A stretch of 64,000 nt of DNA from Nannocystaceae bacterium ST9. GTDB lineage: Bacteria; Myxococcota_A; Polyangia; Nannocystales; Nannocystaceae. The notes below the pieces were generated by a model. It ran no database searches, was not told where the DNA came from, and saw only the letters and a list, made by a program, of their open reading frames with translations. The DNA is taken from contig JBLWFJ010000001.1 of the NCBI GenBank assembly GCA_048320885.1, positions 5,825,697 to 5,889,696 of the forward strand, in the 5' to 3' direction. Shown in pieces: positions 50,453 through 57,870 of this stretch (its first letter is position 1; the number at the start of each line of letters is the position of its first letter). Made by a program: the position numbers and the translations under genes.

Positions 50453-51295
50453 ATGCCTGCTGCCGACCCTCTGCACGCCTCGCTGTTGCATGCCGAGCCC
50501 GCGCCGAGCGAGCGCGCGCCGACTCGCCGCTGGTCCTATCCGCAGTGGGCCGTGTTCGTGGTCAGCCTGTTCATCGCCTACCACACCGTCATCCTGCTGG
50601 TCTGGAACCTGCCGTCGAAGGGCCTGCCCAAGGACTATCACAAGGCCGTGATGGAGACCCTGAAGGGCTCGACCTACTTCAACGGCACCCGCAACGGCCA
50701 GAGCTGGGCGATGTTCGCCCCCAACCCCAACCGGTCCAACACCTTCATCATGGTCTACGTCGAGGACCAGAACGGCGAGACCTGGAACTTCGGGCAAGAC
50801 ATCTGGGGCGACGCTCGCTACCCCTACCTGTTCTACGATCGCCGCGGCAAGATCAACCGGCGGATCGACGGCAAGAAGAACTATCAGCGGATCTACGGGG
50901 CCTGGGTCTGCCGCGAGTGGGAGCGCCAGCACGGCGGCGAGCCGGCCAAGTCGGTCACCTTCATCAAGCGCTACACGACCGTGCCCAAGCCTCGCCAGGT
51001 GATCGAGAACGGCGGCTGGGATCCCTGGGGCGAGCACTTCAAGCAAAAGGAGCAGGAGACCATCACCTGCAAGACCACGCTCGACGCCCAGCTGCCCAAC
51101 GATCTGCGTGCGCGCTACGGGCTGCCCGAGATCGACGAGTCGCTGATCCGCCGGACCGACAACCGGACCTGGGTCGACGAGCGCGAGGCCGAGCGCAAGA
51201 AGGCCGAGCGCGACGCCAAGCTGGGCATCAAGCCCGCGGGCGATGACTCGCCCAGCCAGGCCGGCGGCAACGTCGAAGAGCAGGACGACTACTGA
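50453..51295 (+). CDS. Single-pass membrane protein of unknown function, tandem paralog 2 (~75-80% identical to 49487..50359)
   Basis: Same architecture and near-identical blocks (SWAMFAPNPNRSNTF, IYGAWVCREWERQHGGEPAKSVTF, ETITCKTT). Confidence 0.6.
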   Translation: MPAADPLHASLLHAEPAPSERAPTRRWSYPQWAVFVVSLFIAYHTVILLVWNLPSKGLPKDYHKAVMETLKGSTYFNGTRNGQSWAMFAPNPNRSNTFIMVYVEDQNGETWNFGQDIWGDARYPYLFYDRRGKINRRIDGKKNYQRIYGAWVCREWERQHGGEPAKSVTFIKRYTTVPKPRQVIENGGWDPWGEHFKQKEQETITCKTTLDAQLPNDLRARYGLPEIDESLIRRTDNRTWVDEREAERKKAERDAKLGIKPAGDDSPSQAGGNVEEQDDY

Positions 51296-51301
51296 GCTCG
51301 G

Positions 51302-52084
51302 TCAGAGCAGGCGGCCGAACATCAGCGTCCAGCCGTCGAGCACGATCAGCACGCCCATGCAGACGGCGAGCGACGAGCCGATCGTATCGCCGATCGTCCA
51401 GGGCCGACCCTCGTCGATCCGCGAGAACACCGGCAGGCTGATCACGAAGTAGCTCGCGTAGAAGAGCGAGCCGATCATCAGCATGCGTCCGCGATCGGGG
51501 TAGCTGAACACGTCGCGCAAGGCCGGGATCGCCATGAAGAAGGTCTCGGCGAACGCGACCGCGTAGGCCAGGCCGGCGATCAGGGCGACGCGCGTCAGCG
51601 GGCCGAGCGACCAGCGAGCCTGCATTCGCCGATAGAGCACGGTCATGACCACGTGGTAGGTCATGAAGTAGGCCTGGGTCAGCGGGTAGAGGAAGAGCGG
51701 GACCTCGTCGCTGCCGCTGCCGACCAGCGCGGCGTCGAGGTTCCAGGTGGTCGGAAACTCGTAGCGCATGCCGAGCACGTCGAAGAAGTACTCGCTGCCG
51801 AAGTAGCTGCCGAACCACACCAAGATCGCGACCCAGAGGTTCATGCGAAACCAGCTGGTCTGCCAGGGTCGGCGATCGCGATCGGCCGCGGCCGGGCGCA
51901 GCCAGGGCACCACGATCAGCGGGAGCGCGGCCGCCAAGCCGAAGGTCATGTAGGCGAGATCGGACCAGCCGCGGTAGAGCCCGGCGAGCATCACCGTGCC
52001 GACCAGCGCCATCCAGACCGGGCTGTAGATCAGCACGAAGCGCTCGGCCGCCGCCTTGCTCGGCTCGGCCGCCAACCAGCTCAC
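51302..52084 (-). CDS. Polytopic membrane protein, tentatively cycloeucalenol cycloisomerase (CPI1)-like
   Basis: GTG 52084 (SWLAAEPSKAAAERFVLIYSPVWMALVG...). The upstream part of track ORF 51302..52654 is junk. ~6-7 TM segments. Conserved-looking blocks WFRMNLWVAILVWFGSYFGSEYFFDVLGMRYEFP and GSLFYASYFVISLPVFSRIDE. The CPI1 assignment rests on recalled similarity and is unverified. The start overlaps the stop of the upstream lipoprotein gene (GTGA). Confidence 0.45.
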   Translation of the reverse strand: MSWLAAEPSKAAAERFVLIYSPVWMALVGTVMLAGLYRGWSDLAYMTFGLAAALPLIVVPWLRPAAADRDRRPWQTSWFRMNLWVAILVWFGSYFGSEYFFDVLGMRYEFPTTWNLDAALVGSGSDEVPLFLYPLTQAYFMTYHVVMTVLYRRMQARWSLGPLTRVALIAGLAYAVAFAETFFMAIPALRDVFSYPDRGRMLMIGSLFYASYFVISLPVFSRIDEGRPWTIGDTIGSSLAVCMGVLIVLDGWTLMFGRLL

Positions 52085-52917
52085 TTCGGTGGCTCCGCGG
52101 GGGCGGGCTGCGGTATCGCGGGGCTCGCCGGGCTCGCGGGGCTCGCCGGGCTCGCGGGCGCGGACGGCTTGCGAGCGGTCGGCAGCAGGCCCTCGCGCGG
52201 GGCGTTCTTCGCCGGCGGGCTGGCCTCGGCGATCAGCTTCAAGACCTCCGGCATCTTCTCGTCCGGGCAGGCGCCGTCGTTCCAGCTGATCTGCCGGACG
52301 TTGTCCCAGCCCGGCAAGAACGCCCAGTGCAGGCCCTCGGCGGCGCTCCACATCGCGCCCTCGAGCCCGGGCACCGGCGTCGACGCGAACTCGGGCTTGT
52401 CGAGCGCCATCCGCAGGCGCTCGTCGTGCTGCTTGGTCGCCTCGGCGACCGAGCTCGGCATCAACCTCGAGCCGCGCATGAACACCGGCTTGGCCCCCGG
52501 CTCGCTCGACGAGAAGAAGTAGCCGCAGCTGTGTTGCAGCGATTCGCCGAGGTAGACCGCGTGGCCACACAGCTCGCGGATCGCCTCGGCGTCGAAGCCG
52601 ACCTCGACGGGGCAGCAGGTCGGCTCGGGCAGCTTGGGCGCGTAGAGTCGACACACCCCGTTGGTCTCGTCGGGCGTGCCGCTGCCCAGCCCGGGCTCGC
52701 CGGGAGCCGGGGCCGGGTTGGGATCGTCGGCGGTGTAGAGGTCGTCGGTGTCGCGAACCACGCGCGGATCGTCGGCCGGCGTGATCGGGACGTTGGCGGG
52801 GGTCGGATCGCCGACCCCGGCATTGGCGACCTCGGGGTGCGGGTCGGGCACCTTGGCCGGACAGCCGAGCAGCGCGAGGGTGGCGGGGACGAGCAGTGAC
52901 AGCGAGGCGCGTCGCAT
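52081..52917 (-). CDS. Secreted lipoprotein with C-terminal (PAS)n repeats
   Basis: MRRASLSLLVPATLALLGCPAK lipobox. Cys-containing domain (CRLYAPKLPEPTCCPVE...). C-terminus SAPASPASPASPASPAIPQPAPAEPPK. Confidence 0.6.
   Translation of the reverse strand: MRRASLSLLVPATLALLGCPAKVPDPHPEVANAGVGDPTPANVPITPADDPRVVRDTDDLYTADDPNPAPAPGEPGLGSGTPDETNGVCRLYAPKLPEPTCCPVEVGFDAEAIRELCGHAVYLGESLQHSCGYFFSSSEPGAKPVFMRGSRLMPSSVAEATKQHDERLRMALDKPEFASTPVPGLEGAMWSAAEGLHWAFLPGWDNVRQISWNDGACPDEKMPEVLKLIAEASPPAKNAPREGLLPTARKPSAPASPASPASPASPAIPQPAPAEPPK
52118..52160. repeat. Short tandem repeat (GGGCTCGCCGGGCTCGCG-type, ~3 copies) encoding PASPASPASPA at the lipoprotein C-terminus
   Basis: Seen directly in sequence. 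Confidence 0.7.
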
Positions 52918-52979
52918 GCGGGAGCTTCTTTACCGTCGACCCGCGTCCGGGTCGAGAGCCGAGTGCGGGCCAACGGCGC

Positions 52980-54233
52980 TCAGGCCCGGCGCTTTCGCTG
53001 CGAACGCGGCCGGCCGAGCAGCAGCGGGATCACGAGCAGGCCGAGCAGGCCGCCGCCCTGCTCGGCCGGCGCGGCGCAGTTGCAGCCGTCGTCGAGCAGG
53101 GCCGGGTCCTCGCCGACCTCGACCACGAACATCACGCTGCCCTCGTTGCCGGCCTCGTCGCGGACCCGGACGTCGAAGGTCCAGGTCCCGACCGGCAGCG
53201 ACTCGACGGTGAAGTCGGCCGCGAACGCGGTCGAGTAGTGCGGCTCGTCGGCGAGGCCCGGCACGACCACCGCGATCTGGTAGTGCTGGGGATCGAGGTC
53301 GTCGTCGATGTCGATGTCGACGTCGAAGGTCGCCGGGGCCTCGTAGTAGATCCCGTCGAAGGGCGCGATCAGGATCGGCTCGGGCGCGTGGTCGTCGACG
53401 TAGGGATCGCCGAAGAGCATGCGGAGCAGCGCGGTGTCGTTCTGGTAGTCCGAGAGCCCGCACAGCTCGAGGTTGATCTCCGGGCAGCTCGGCTCGTCCT
53501 CGGGATCGAACTCGACGTCGCTGACGATCCGCCCGCAGCCCGCGAAGGGGGCGCTGAGCGTGTTGCCGCCCGAGGGGGCCATCAGCGAGCCCTCGAGCCC
53601 GAGGTGATCGAAGCCCCAGGTGTGCGCGGCCTCGTGCAGCGCCGTCGAGGCCCCGCCGTTGATCCAGCTGGCCCGCGACGCGTCCATGAACGCGTAGGCG
53701 ATCTCGTTGGGCAGGTCGTCCCAGCAGTCGCCCGAGGGCGCGCGACCGAGGGCCTCTTCCTTCACCGAGTCGCCGCCGTACACCACCATCGTGTAGGGCT
53801 CGTCGGCGTCCGGTCGACGGCCGGTCACCCGAATCCCGTAGTCGGCGGTCAGCGATCGGATGCCGTCGAGTATCGCGACCCGCTCGGCCAAGCTGCCGCT
53901 CCAGGGATCGAAGCTGGTGTTCTTCTTGAGCCAGTGGCAATTGCGATGGCTGTTCGAGGGGTTGCAGGCCCCGATGTGCACGCCGTCGAAGTTCACGAAC
54001 AAGGTCGTGTTGGAGCCGAGCTTGCGCTCCGAGGGAGGCACCGGCGCGGGTGCGTAGTCGGGCGGCGGGACGGCGTCGCCCTCGTAGCCGATCGGCGCGA
54101 GCTCGAGCTCGGCCTCGGCATCGCCGAGCTGGGTCGCGCGCGTCGGCGCGTCGTCGTCGACCGGCTCGTGCAGGCGGATGGCGAAGGGCTCGCCGAGCTG
54201 CAGCGCGGCCACGAGCACGAGCGAGGCGGGCAT
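52980..54233 (-). CDS. Secreted metzincin-type zinc metalloprotease with MYXO-CTERM sorting tail
   Basis: HEAAHTWGFDH (HExxHxxGxxH). C-terminal GCNCAAPAEQGGGLLGLLVIPLLLGRPRSQRKRRA matches MYXO-CTERM. N-terminal hydrophobic leader. Confidence 0.75.
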   Translation of the reverse strand: MPASLVLVAALQLGEPFAIRLHEPVDDDAPTRATQLGDAEAELELAPIGYEGDAVPPPDYAPAPVPPSERKLGSNTTLFVNFDGVHIGACNPSNSHRNCHWLKKNTSFDPWSGSLAERVAILDGIRSLTADYGIRVTGRRPDADEPYTMVVYGGDSVKEEALGRAPSGDCWDDLPNEIAYAFMDASRASWINGGASTALHEAAHTWGFDHLGLEGSLMAPSGGNTLSAPFAGCGRIVSDVEFDPEDEPSCPEINLELCGLSDYQNDTALLRMLFGDPYVDDHAPEPILIAPFDGIYYEAPATFDVDIDIDDDLDPQHYQIAVVVPGLADEPHYSTAFAADFTVESLPVGTWTFDVRVRDEAGNEGSVMFVVEVGEDPALLDDGCNCAAPAEQGGGLLGLLVIPLLLGRPRSQRKRRA

Positions 54234-54255
54234 TCGACCCGAGGATAGCAGCAGC

Positions 54256-55233
54256 TCAGCGAAGCAGCGCGAGCAGCAAGGTCCGGCACAGTCGGGCGGC
54301 GGCGACCGGCGAGCGCCCGCTCGGATCGAGGGCCGGGGCCAGCTCGACCAGATCGGCGCCGATCAGCCCCCGCGGCGCGCGGGCCAACCGACCCAGCACC
54401 GCCTCGACCCAGCCGAAGCGCAGCCCGTCGGGCTCGGGCGTGCCGGTGCCGGGGATGTCGGCCGGGTCGAGCCCGTCGACGTCGAAGGTCACGTAGATCG
54501 GCGCGCCGCGATCGACGAGCTGATCGATCCGCTCGAGCGCAGGCGCCAGCTCCGGCGCGATCGCGTGCACGCGGGCGTCGCCGCGGGCCTGCTGCCACTC
54601 GCTGCGCAGGCCCGAGCGGATGCCCCACTGATGCAGGCCCTGGCTCGGGCGCATGCGATCGAGCACCCGACCGAGCACCGTCGAGTGGTTGAAGGGCTCG
54701 CCCTCCCAGTGCTCGCGCAGATCCATGTGCGCGTCGATGTGGAGGATCTGCAGATCGACATGGCGCTCGACCATTCGCTCGAGGAAGGGGAACGCGACCA
54801 GGTGATCGCCGCCGACCGCCAGCAGGGGCAGATCGGGCAGCACGTCGAGCTGGCGGCGGAGATTGCGGACCAGTCGCTCGCCCGGCGTCATGCCGTCGAT
54901 CGGCTCGCCCTCTTCGCCGAGCTCGGGCTCGGGCGGCGTGCAGTCGAGGTCGCCGAGGTCGACGTAGCGATGATCGTCGAGGTCGCGATCGAGCTTGGGG
55001 CAGTAGGTCTCGATGCTGTCCGACGCGACCCTCAGCTCGCGCGGCCCGAGTCGGGCGCCGCCGCGATAGGTGACCGCGCCGTCGTAGGGCACGCCGAGCA
55101 GCGCGGCCTTGGCCTGACTCGCGCGCGGATCGTTGGCCGCGAGCGCGCCGAGGAAGCGGACCGGTCGCTCCCAACCATGCTCGAATTGCTCGAAGTGCTC
55201 GACCAGCTTCTCGTCGTCCGGCATGTGGCTCAT
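54256..55233 (-). CDS. Ureohydrolase family (agmatinase/formiminoglutamase/arginase-like)
   Basis: ATG 55233 (MSHMPDDEK), internal to track ORF 54256..55590. Metal-binding motifs ...LAVGGDH..., HIDAHMDL, TFDVDGLDP. Confidence 0.75.
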   Translation of the reverse strand: MSHMPDDEKLVEHFEQFEHGWERPVRFLGALAANDPRASQAKAALLGVPYDGAVTYRGGARLGPRELRVASDSIETYCPKLDRDLDDHRYVDLGDLDCTPPEPELGEEGEPIDGMTPGERLVRNLRRQLDVLPDLPLLAVGGDHLVAFPFLERMVERHVDLQILHIDAHMDLREHWEGEPFNHSTVLGRVLDRMRPSQGLHQWGIRSGLRSEWQQARGDARVHAIAPELAPALERIDQLVDRGAPIYVTFDVDGLDPADIPGTGTPEPDGLRFGWVEAVLGRLARAPRGLIGADLVELAPALDPSGRSPVAAARLCRTLLLALLR

Positions 55234-55288
55234 GATCGCGGCGCTGTTTACCTCGCGCGCGCCGGAGCGTCGAGCCTCGCCGCGGGCG

Positions 55289-56305
55289 TCACGAGAGCGT
55301 GGTCTTGCGGGCCTTGGCGCTGGCGCGCAGCCGCGACTCGCGGACGACGTCGCCGCGCGTGGCCTCGGGATCGATCCCGCGGCCGCGGCACTTGTCGGCG
55401 AAGCGCGGGTCGTCGTCGTCGATCGCCAGGCTGAGCTGGTAGCAGTCGGCCAGGCGAAAGCTGCCCAGGCCCTCGTGGGCGTGGTCGGACAGAGTCTCGA
55501 AGCGCTGCAAGCCCGCGCGCAGGGCCAGCGATCGCGCGCCCGCGAGCTCGGGGATCGCCACGCGAGCGACCTCGTGCTCGCCCTCCACACCGGTCCCGCG
55601 CAGCAGCCCGGGCTCGTGCGCCAGCCAGCTCAGGCCGTGACGCAGCGGCAACAGCACGATCTGCTCGGGCAGGCCGTACTCGCGCAGCACTCGGGCGGGG
55701 CGAAAGGGCGGCTGGATCTCGCCGGGCTCGCGCGGCGCCGCGGTCGAGGTGAGCAGCTCGTCGAAGGGCACGAACTCGATCCCGGCCGGCTCGTGGCGAT
55801 CGTCGAGCGTCACGACCTCGAGCGCGCCGAGGTGGGTGAGCGAGGCGCTGATCGTTCGACCCTGGAAGTCGGAGTAGGGGATGGCGTCGCCCTCCGGCGG
55901 GCCGTCGCCCAACCACGCGAACGCATGGCGGGGGCGGTAGGGCGAGCGGCGAGCGAGCAGCTGCTTGGCGCTCGCCAGCACGCGATCGCGAGCCGCCGCG
56001 TCGGCCTCGCTCGAGTCGCCCGAGGGCCGCTCGCCGGCCGGGGCCAGCAGCGCGCGTCGCAGCCGACCTTCGTCGGCGTCGAGCCAGGCCAGGCAGCGCA
56101 GGTGATGGAGGCGCAGCCGCTCGGCCCAGCTCGGCTCGGCGCGAGTCTCGAGCTCGCGCAGCTCGTCGGGGTTCGACTGCCAGTAGGCCTTCTGCAGGGC
56201 GATCGCTCGGGCGCTGATCGGATCGAGCCCGGCGAGCTGGGGCCCGCGCGAATAGTCGCGGGCCGCGGCCTTGCTGCCGAACAAGCGATCGAAGAGCCGC
56301 CGCAC
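55289..56305 (-). CDS. Hypothetical protein (338 aa)
   Basis: Clean ORF co-directional between HNH and ureohydrolase genes. Arg/Leu-rich helical N-terminus; no motif recognised. Confidence 0.4.
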   Translation of the reverse strand: MRRLFDRLFGSKAAARDYSRGPQLAGLDPISARAIALQKAYWQSNPDELRELETRAEPSWAERLRLHHLRCLAWLDADEGRLRRALLAPAGERPSGDSSEADAAARDRVLASAKQLLARRSPYRPRHAFAWLGDGPPEGDAIPYSDFQGRTISASLTHLGALEVVTLDDRHEPAGIEFVPFDELLTSTAAPREPGEIQPPFRPARVLREYGLPEQIVLLPLRHGLSWLAHEPGLLRGTGVEGEHEVARVAIPELAGARSLALRAGLQRFETLSDHAHEGLGSFRLADCYQLSLAIDDDDPRFADKCRGRGIDPEATRGDVVRESRLRASAKARKTTLS

Positions 56306-56381
56306 GCCTGGACGCTACCAGCAGGCCCGCCAAAGGCGAAGCCCCGCGCTCGGGCGAGCGCGGGGCTTCGGATGGGTGGTT

Positions 56382-56783
56382 TCAGCGATCGGCCAGCCAG
56401 AGCAGCAGCGAGCTGTCGCTCTTGCTGCGGTTGCAAGGACCGCACGCCGGGACCAGGTTCTCGCGTGGACCACCGCCGCGCGAGCGCGGGATCAGGTGGT
56501 CGCGCGTGCGCGATTGCTTGGTCAGTCGGGCGTTGCAGTACACGCACAGGACCGGCTCGACGTTCCAGACGAAGTAGCTGTACTCGCTCGCGAACACGGG
56601 ATCGAGCTGACCCGCGACGGTGTCCTCGATCGTCAGCTGCTTGTGCCGCGCGATCTCGCGGAAGCGGGCGATTCGTCCGCCGCGGCGGCCATCCTTGCGG
56701 ATCTGCCGCTTGTACAGATACCACTGAGCCGTGCCGCGCTCGGGCAGCCCGAACGCGGCGTTGCGTGAGTATGGGTCGGTCAT
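56382..56783 (-). CDS. HNH endonuclease (133 aa) immediately downstream of the tRNA array
   Basis: ATG 56783 (MTDPYSRN...), internal to track ORF 56382..56936. CVYCNARLT...DHLIPRSRGG...NLVPACGPCNRSK is a classical HNH/zinc-ribbon motif. Confidence 0.8.
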   Translation of the reverse strand: MTDPYSRNAAFGLPERGTAQWYLYKRQIRKDGRRGGRIARFREIARHKQLTIEDTVAGQLDPVFASEYSYFVWNVEPVLCVYCNARLTKQSRTRDHLIPRSRGGGPRENLVPACGPCNRSKSDSSLLLWLADR

Positions 56784-56840
56784 CGCATCCTCCCTTCGCC
56801 AATGGCCGAAGGAACTCGTGACGACGCGGATGGATGCGAG

Positions 56841-56912
56841 AGGTGCAGACAGGATTCGAACCTGCATCGACGTGGACTGCAGCCACGCGCCTCGCCCTTC
56901 GGCCACTGCACC
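56841..56912 (-). tRNA. tRNA-Cys (GCA)
   Basis: Reverse complement gives GGTGCAG-TG-...-CGTGG CTGCAGT CCACG-...-GCAGG TTCGAAT CCTGT-CTGCACC-U73. U33, R37, anticodon GCA. No CCA encoded. Confidence 0.8.
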
Positions 56913-56939
56913 AAGAGGACGCGCCTCGCGGCGCATCGA

Positions 56940-57007
56940 CAGGAGGCGAGGGGATCGAACCCTCCCAGTCCGGACTTGGAAACCAGACCCCGCCCAGCGG
57001 GCCCCCT
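56940..57007 (-). pseudogene. tRNA-like element with an intact acceptor stem and T-arm but a non-canonical, shortened body (probable pseudo-tRNA or unusual structured RNA)
   Basis: AGGGGGC pairs with GCCTCCT (one G-U). T-arm GAGGG-TTCGATC-CCCTC, discriminator G. The body between them is only 36 nt, and no anticodon stem-loop can be drawn. Confidence 0.4.
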
Positions 57008-57093
57008 GAAACTCGACATTCTTCTACGTCATCGGTCGACATCGTCGCATGATTGAATCTCGGAGATCGAAGGTGAACTGTCACGGTGAAGAG

Positions 57094-57166
57094 TGGACCG
57101 CGTCGGACTCGAACCGACAGCCTTCCGGGTGCAAACCGGGAGCTCCCCCAATTGAGCTAGCAGCCC
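57094..57166 (-). tRNA. tRNA-Ala (TGC)
   Basis: GGGCTGC-TA-GCTC AATTGGGG GAGC-T-CCCGG TTTGCAC CCGGA-AGGCT-GTCGG TTCGAGT CCGAC-GCGGTCC-A73. Carries the G3:U70 alanine identity pair. Confidence 0.85.
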
Positions 57167-57170
57167 AGAG

Positions 57171-57243
57171 AGTGTGTGATGGGAATCGAACCCACTACCT
57201 CGACATTGGAAGTGTCGCGCTCGTCCAGTCGAGCCTCACACAC
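57171..57243 (-). tRNA. tRNA-Gly (TCC), atypical (GTGTGTG/CACACAC acceptor stem, A8)
   Basis: GTGTGTG-AG-GCTC GACTGGAC GAGC-G-CGACA CTTCCAA TGTCG-AGGTA-GTGGG TTCGATT CCCAT-CACACAC-U73. Canonical anticodon loop (U33, A37), but position 8 is A. Only 4 nt separate it from the tRNA-Ala 5' end. Confidence 0.65.
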
Positions 57244-57276
57244 GAATCGGAAAAATGGCAATGTGAATTCGAAGAG

Positions 57277-57348
57277 AGTGAGTGGCGGGAATCGAACCCG
57301 CGACCTTCGCATTGGCGGCGCGACGCTCTACTACTGAGCTACACTCAC
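57277..57348 (-). tRNA. tRNA-Gly (GCC)-like, non-canonical (C33; D-loop lacks G18-G19)
   Basis: GTGAGTG-TA-GCTC AGTAGTA GAGC-G-TCGCG CCGCCAA TGCGA-AGGTC-GCGGG TTCGATT CCCGC-CACTCAC-U73. Perfect cloverleaf pairing, but the anticodon loop is CCGCCAA (C at 33) and the D-loop is AGTAGTA with no GG. Confidence 0.55.
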
Positions 57349-57364
57349 ATGAATGAATCGAAGA

Positions 57365-57452
57365 CGGAGAGAGGGAGGGTCGAACTCCCAAGGGAACGAG
57401 TCCCGACCGGGTTCAAAGCGGTTGCCGTCGCCAACTGTCGGCATGTCTCTCC
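57365..57452 (-). tRNA. Class II tRNA-Ser (TGA)-like, atypical (3 nt between acceptor and D-stem; C31-C39 mismatch)
   Basis: GGAGAGA-CAT-GCCG ACAGTTGGCGA CGGC-A-ACCGC TTTGAAC CCGGT-CGGGACTCGTTCCCTT (long variable arm, GGGA/TCCC stem)-GGGAG TTCGACC CTCCC-TCTCTCC-G73. Confidence 0.55.
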
Positions 57453-57477
57453 AGAGTATCGGGAATTTGGCGGTGAG

Positions 57478-57565
57478 CGGAGAGGAGGAGGGTCGAACTC
57501 CCAAGGGCACGAGTCCCGGCCGCTTTCGAAGCGGTTACCGTCGCCAGCTGTCGGCTAGCCTCTCC
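57478..57565 (-). tRNA. Class II tRNA-Ser (CGA)-like, atypical (3 nt between acceptor and D-stem)
   Basis: GGAGAGG-CTA-GCCG ACAGCTGGCGA CGGT-A-ACCGC TTCGAAA GCGGC-CGGGACTCGTGCCCTT-GGGAG TTCGACC CTCCT-CCTCTCC-G73. Near-duplicate of the previous gene with a different anticodon. Confidence 0.55.
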
Positions 57566-57713
57566 AAATGTACGAACTGATTGTCGAAAAATCCGCAATG
57601 CTTCGAATCCTCGATATTTTGGACGCCCCCGAGACCACGAGCGAGCGAACGCGAAGCGAGCAGGCCCGGAGGGCTTGCGAGGAGGAGGACCCGTGACGGC
57701 TCCGCCGGCACGG

Positions 57714-57737
57714 GGGAGGGCGGCGGAACGCCCTCCC
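57714..57737. other. 9-bp GC-rich hairpin (GGGAGGGCG gcggaa CGCCCTCCC) inside the tRNA array; candidate processing signal or terminator
   Basis: Seen directly. Flanked by imperfect direct repeats AGCGAGCGAA(C)GCGA(A)GCGAGC at 57639-57661 and 57749-57766. Confidence 0.4.
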
Positions 57738-57763
57738 TAAAGACGAGTAGCGAGCGAAGCGAG

Positions 57764-57848
57764 CGGAATGAAGAGGAATCGAACCTCTGCTGGGCATTGC
57801 CAGTCCTCCGCATTCCAAGCGGGAGCCTTGCCATTCGGCCATCATTCC
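57764..57848 (-). tRNA. tRNA-Ser (GGA), class II
   Basis: GGAATGA-TG-GCC GAATGGCAA GGC-T-CCCGC TTGGAAT GCGGA-GGACTGGCAATGCCCAGC-AGAGG TTCGATT CCTCT-TCATTCC-G73. Has U8, U33, A37. Confidence 0.75.
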
Positions 57849-57870
57849 GAGGATGTCGCGTCGGTTCCGG

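Noticed and set aside
57566-57640. A + strand tRNA suggested by GCTTCGAATCC at ~57600
   Set aside because: Flanking bases cannot form a T-stem or acceptor stem. Isolated T-loop-like heptamer only.
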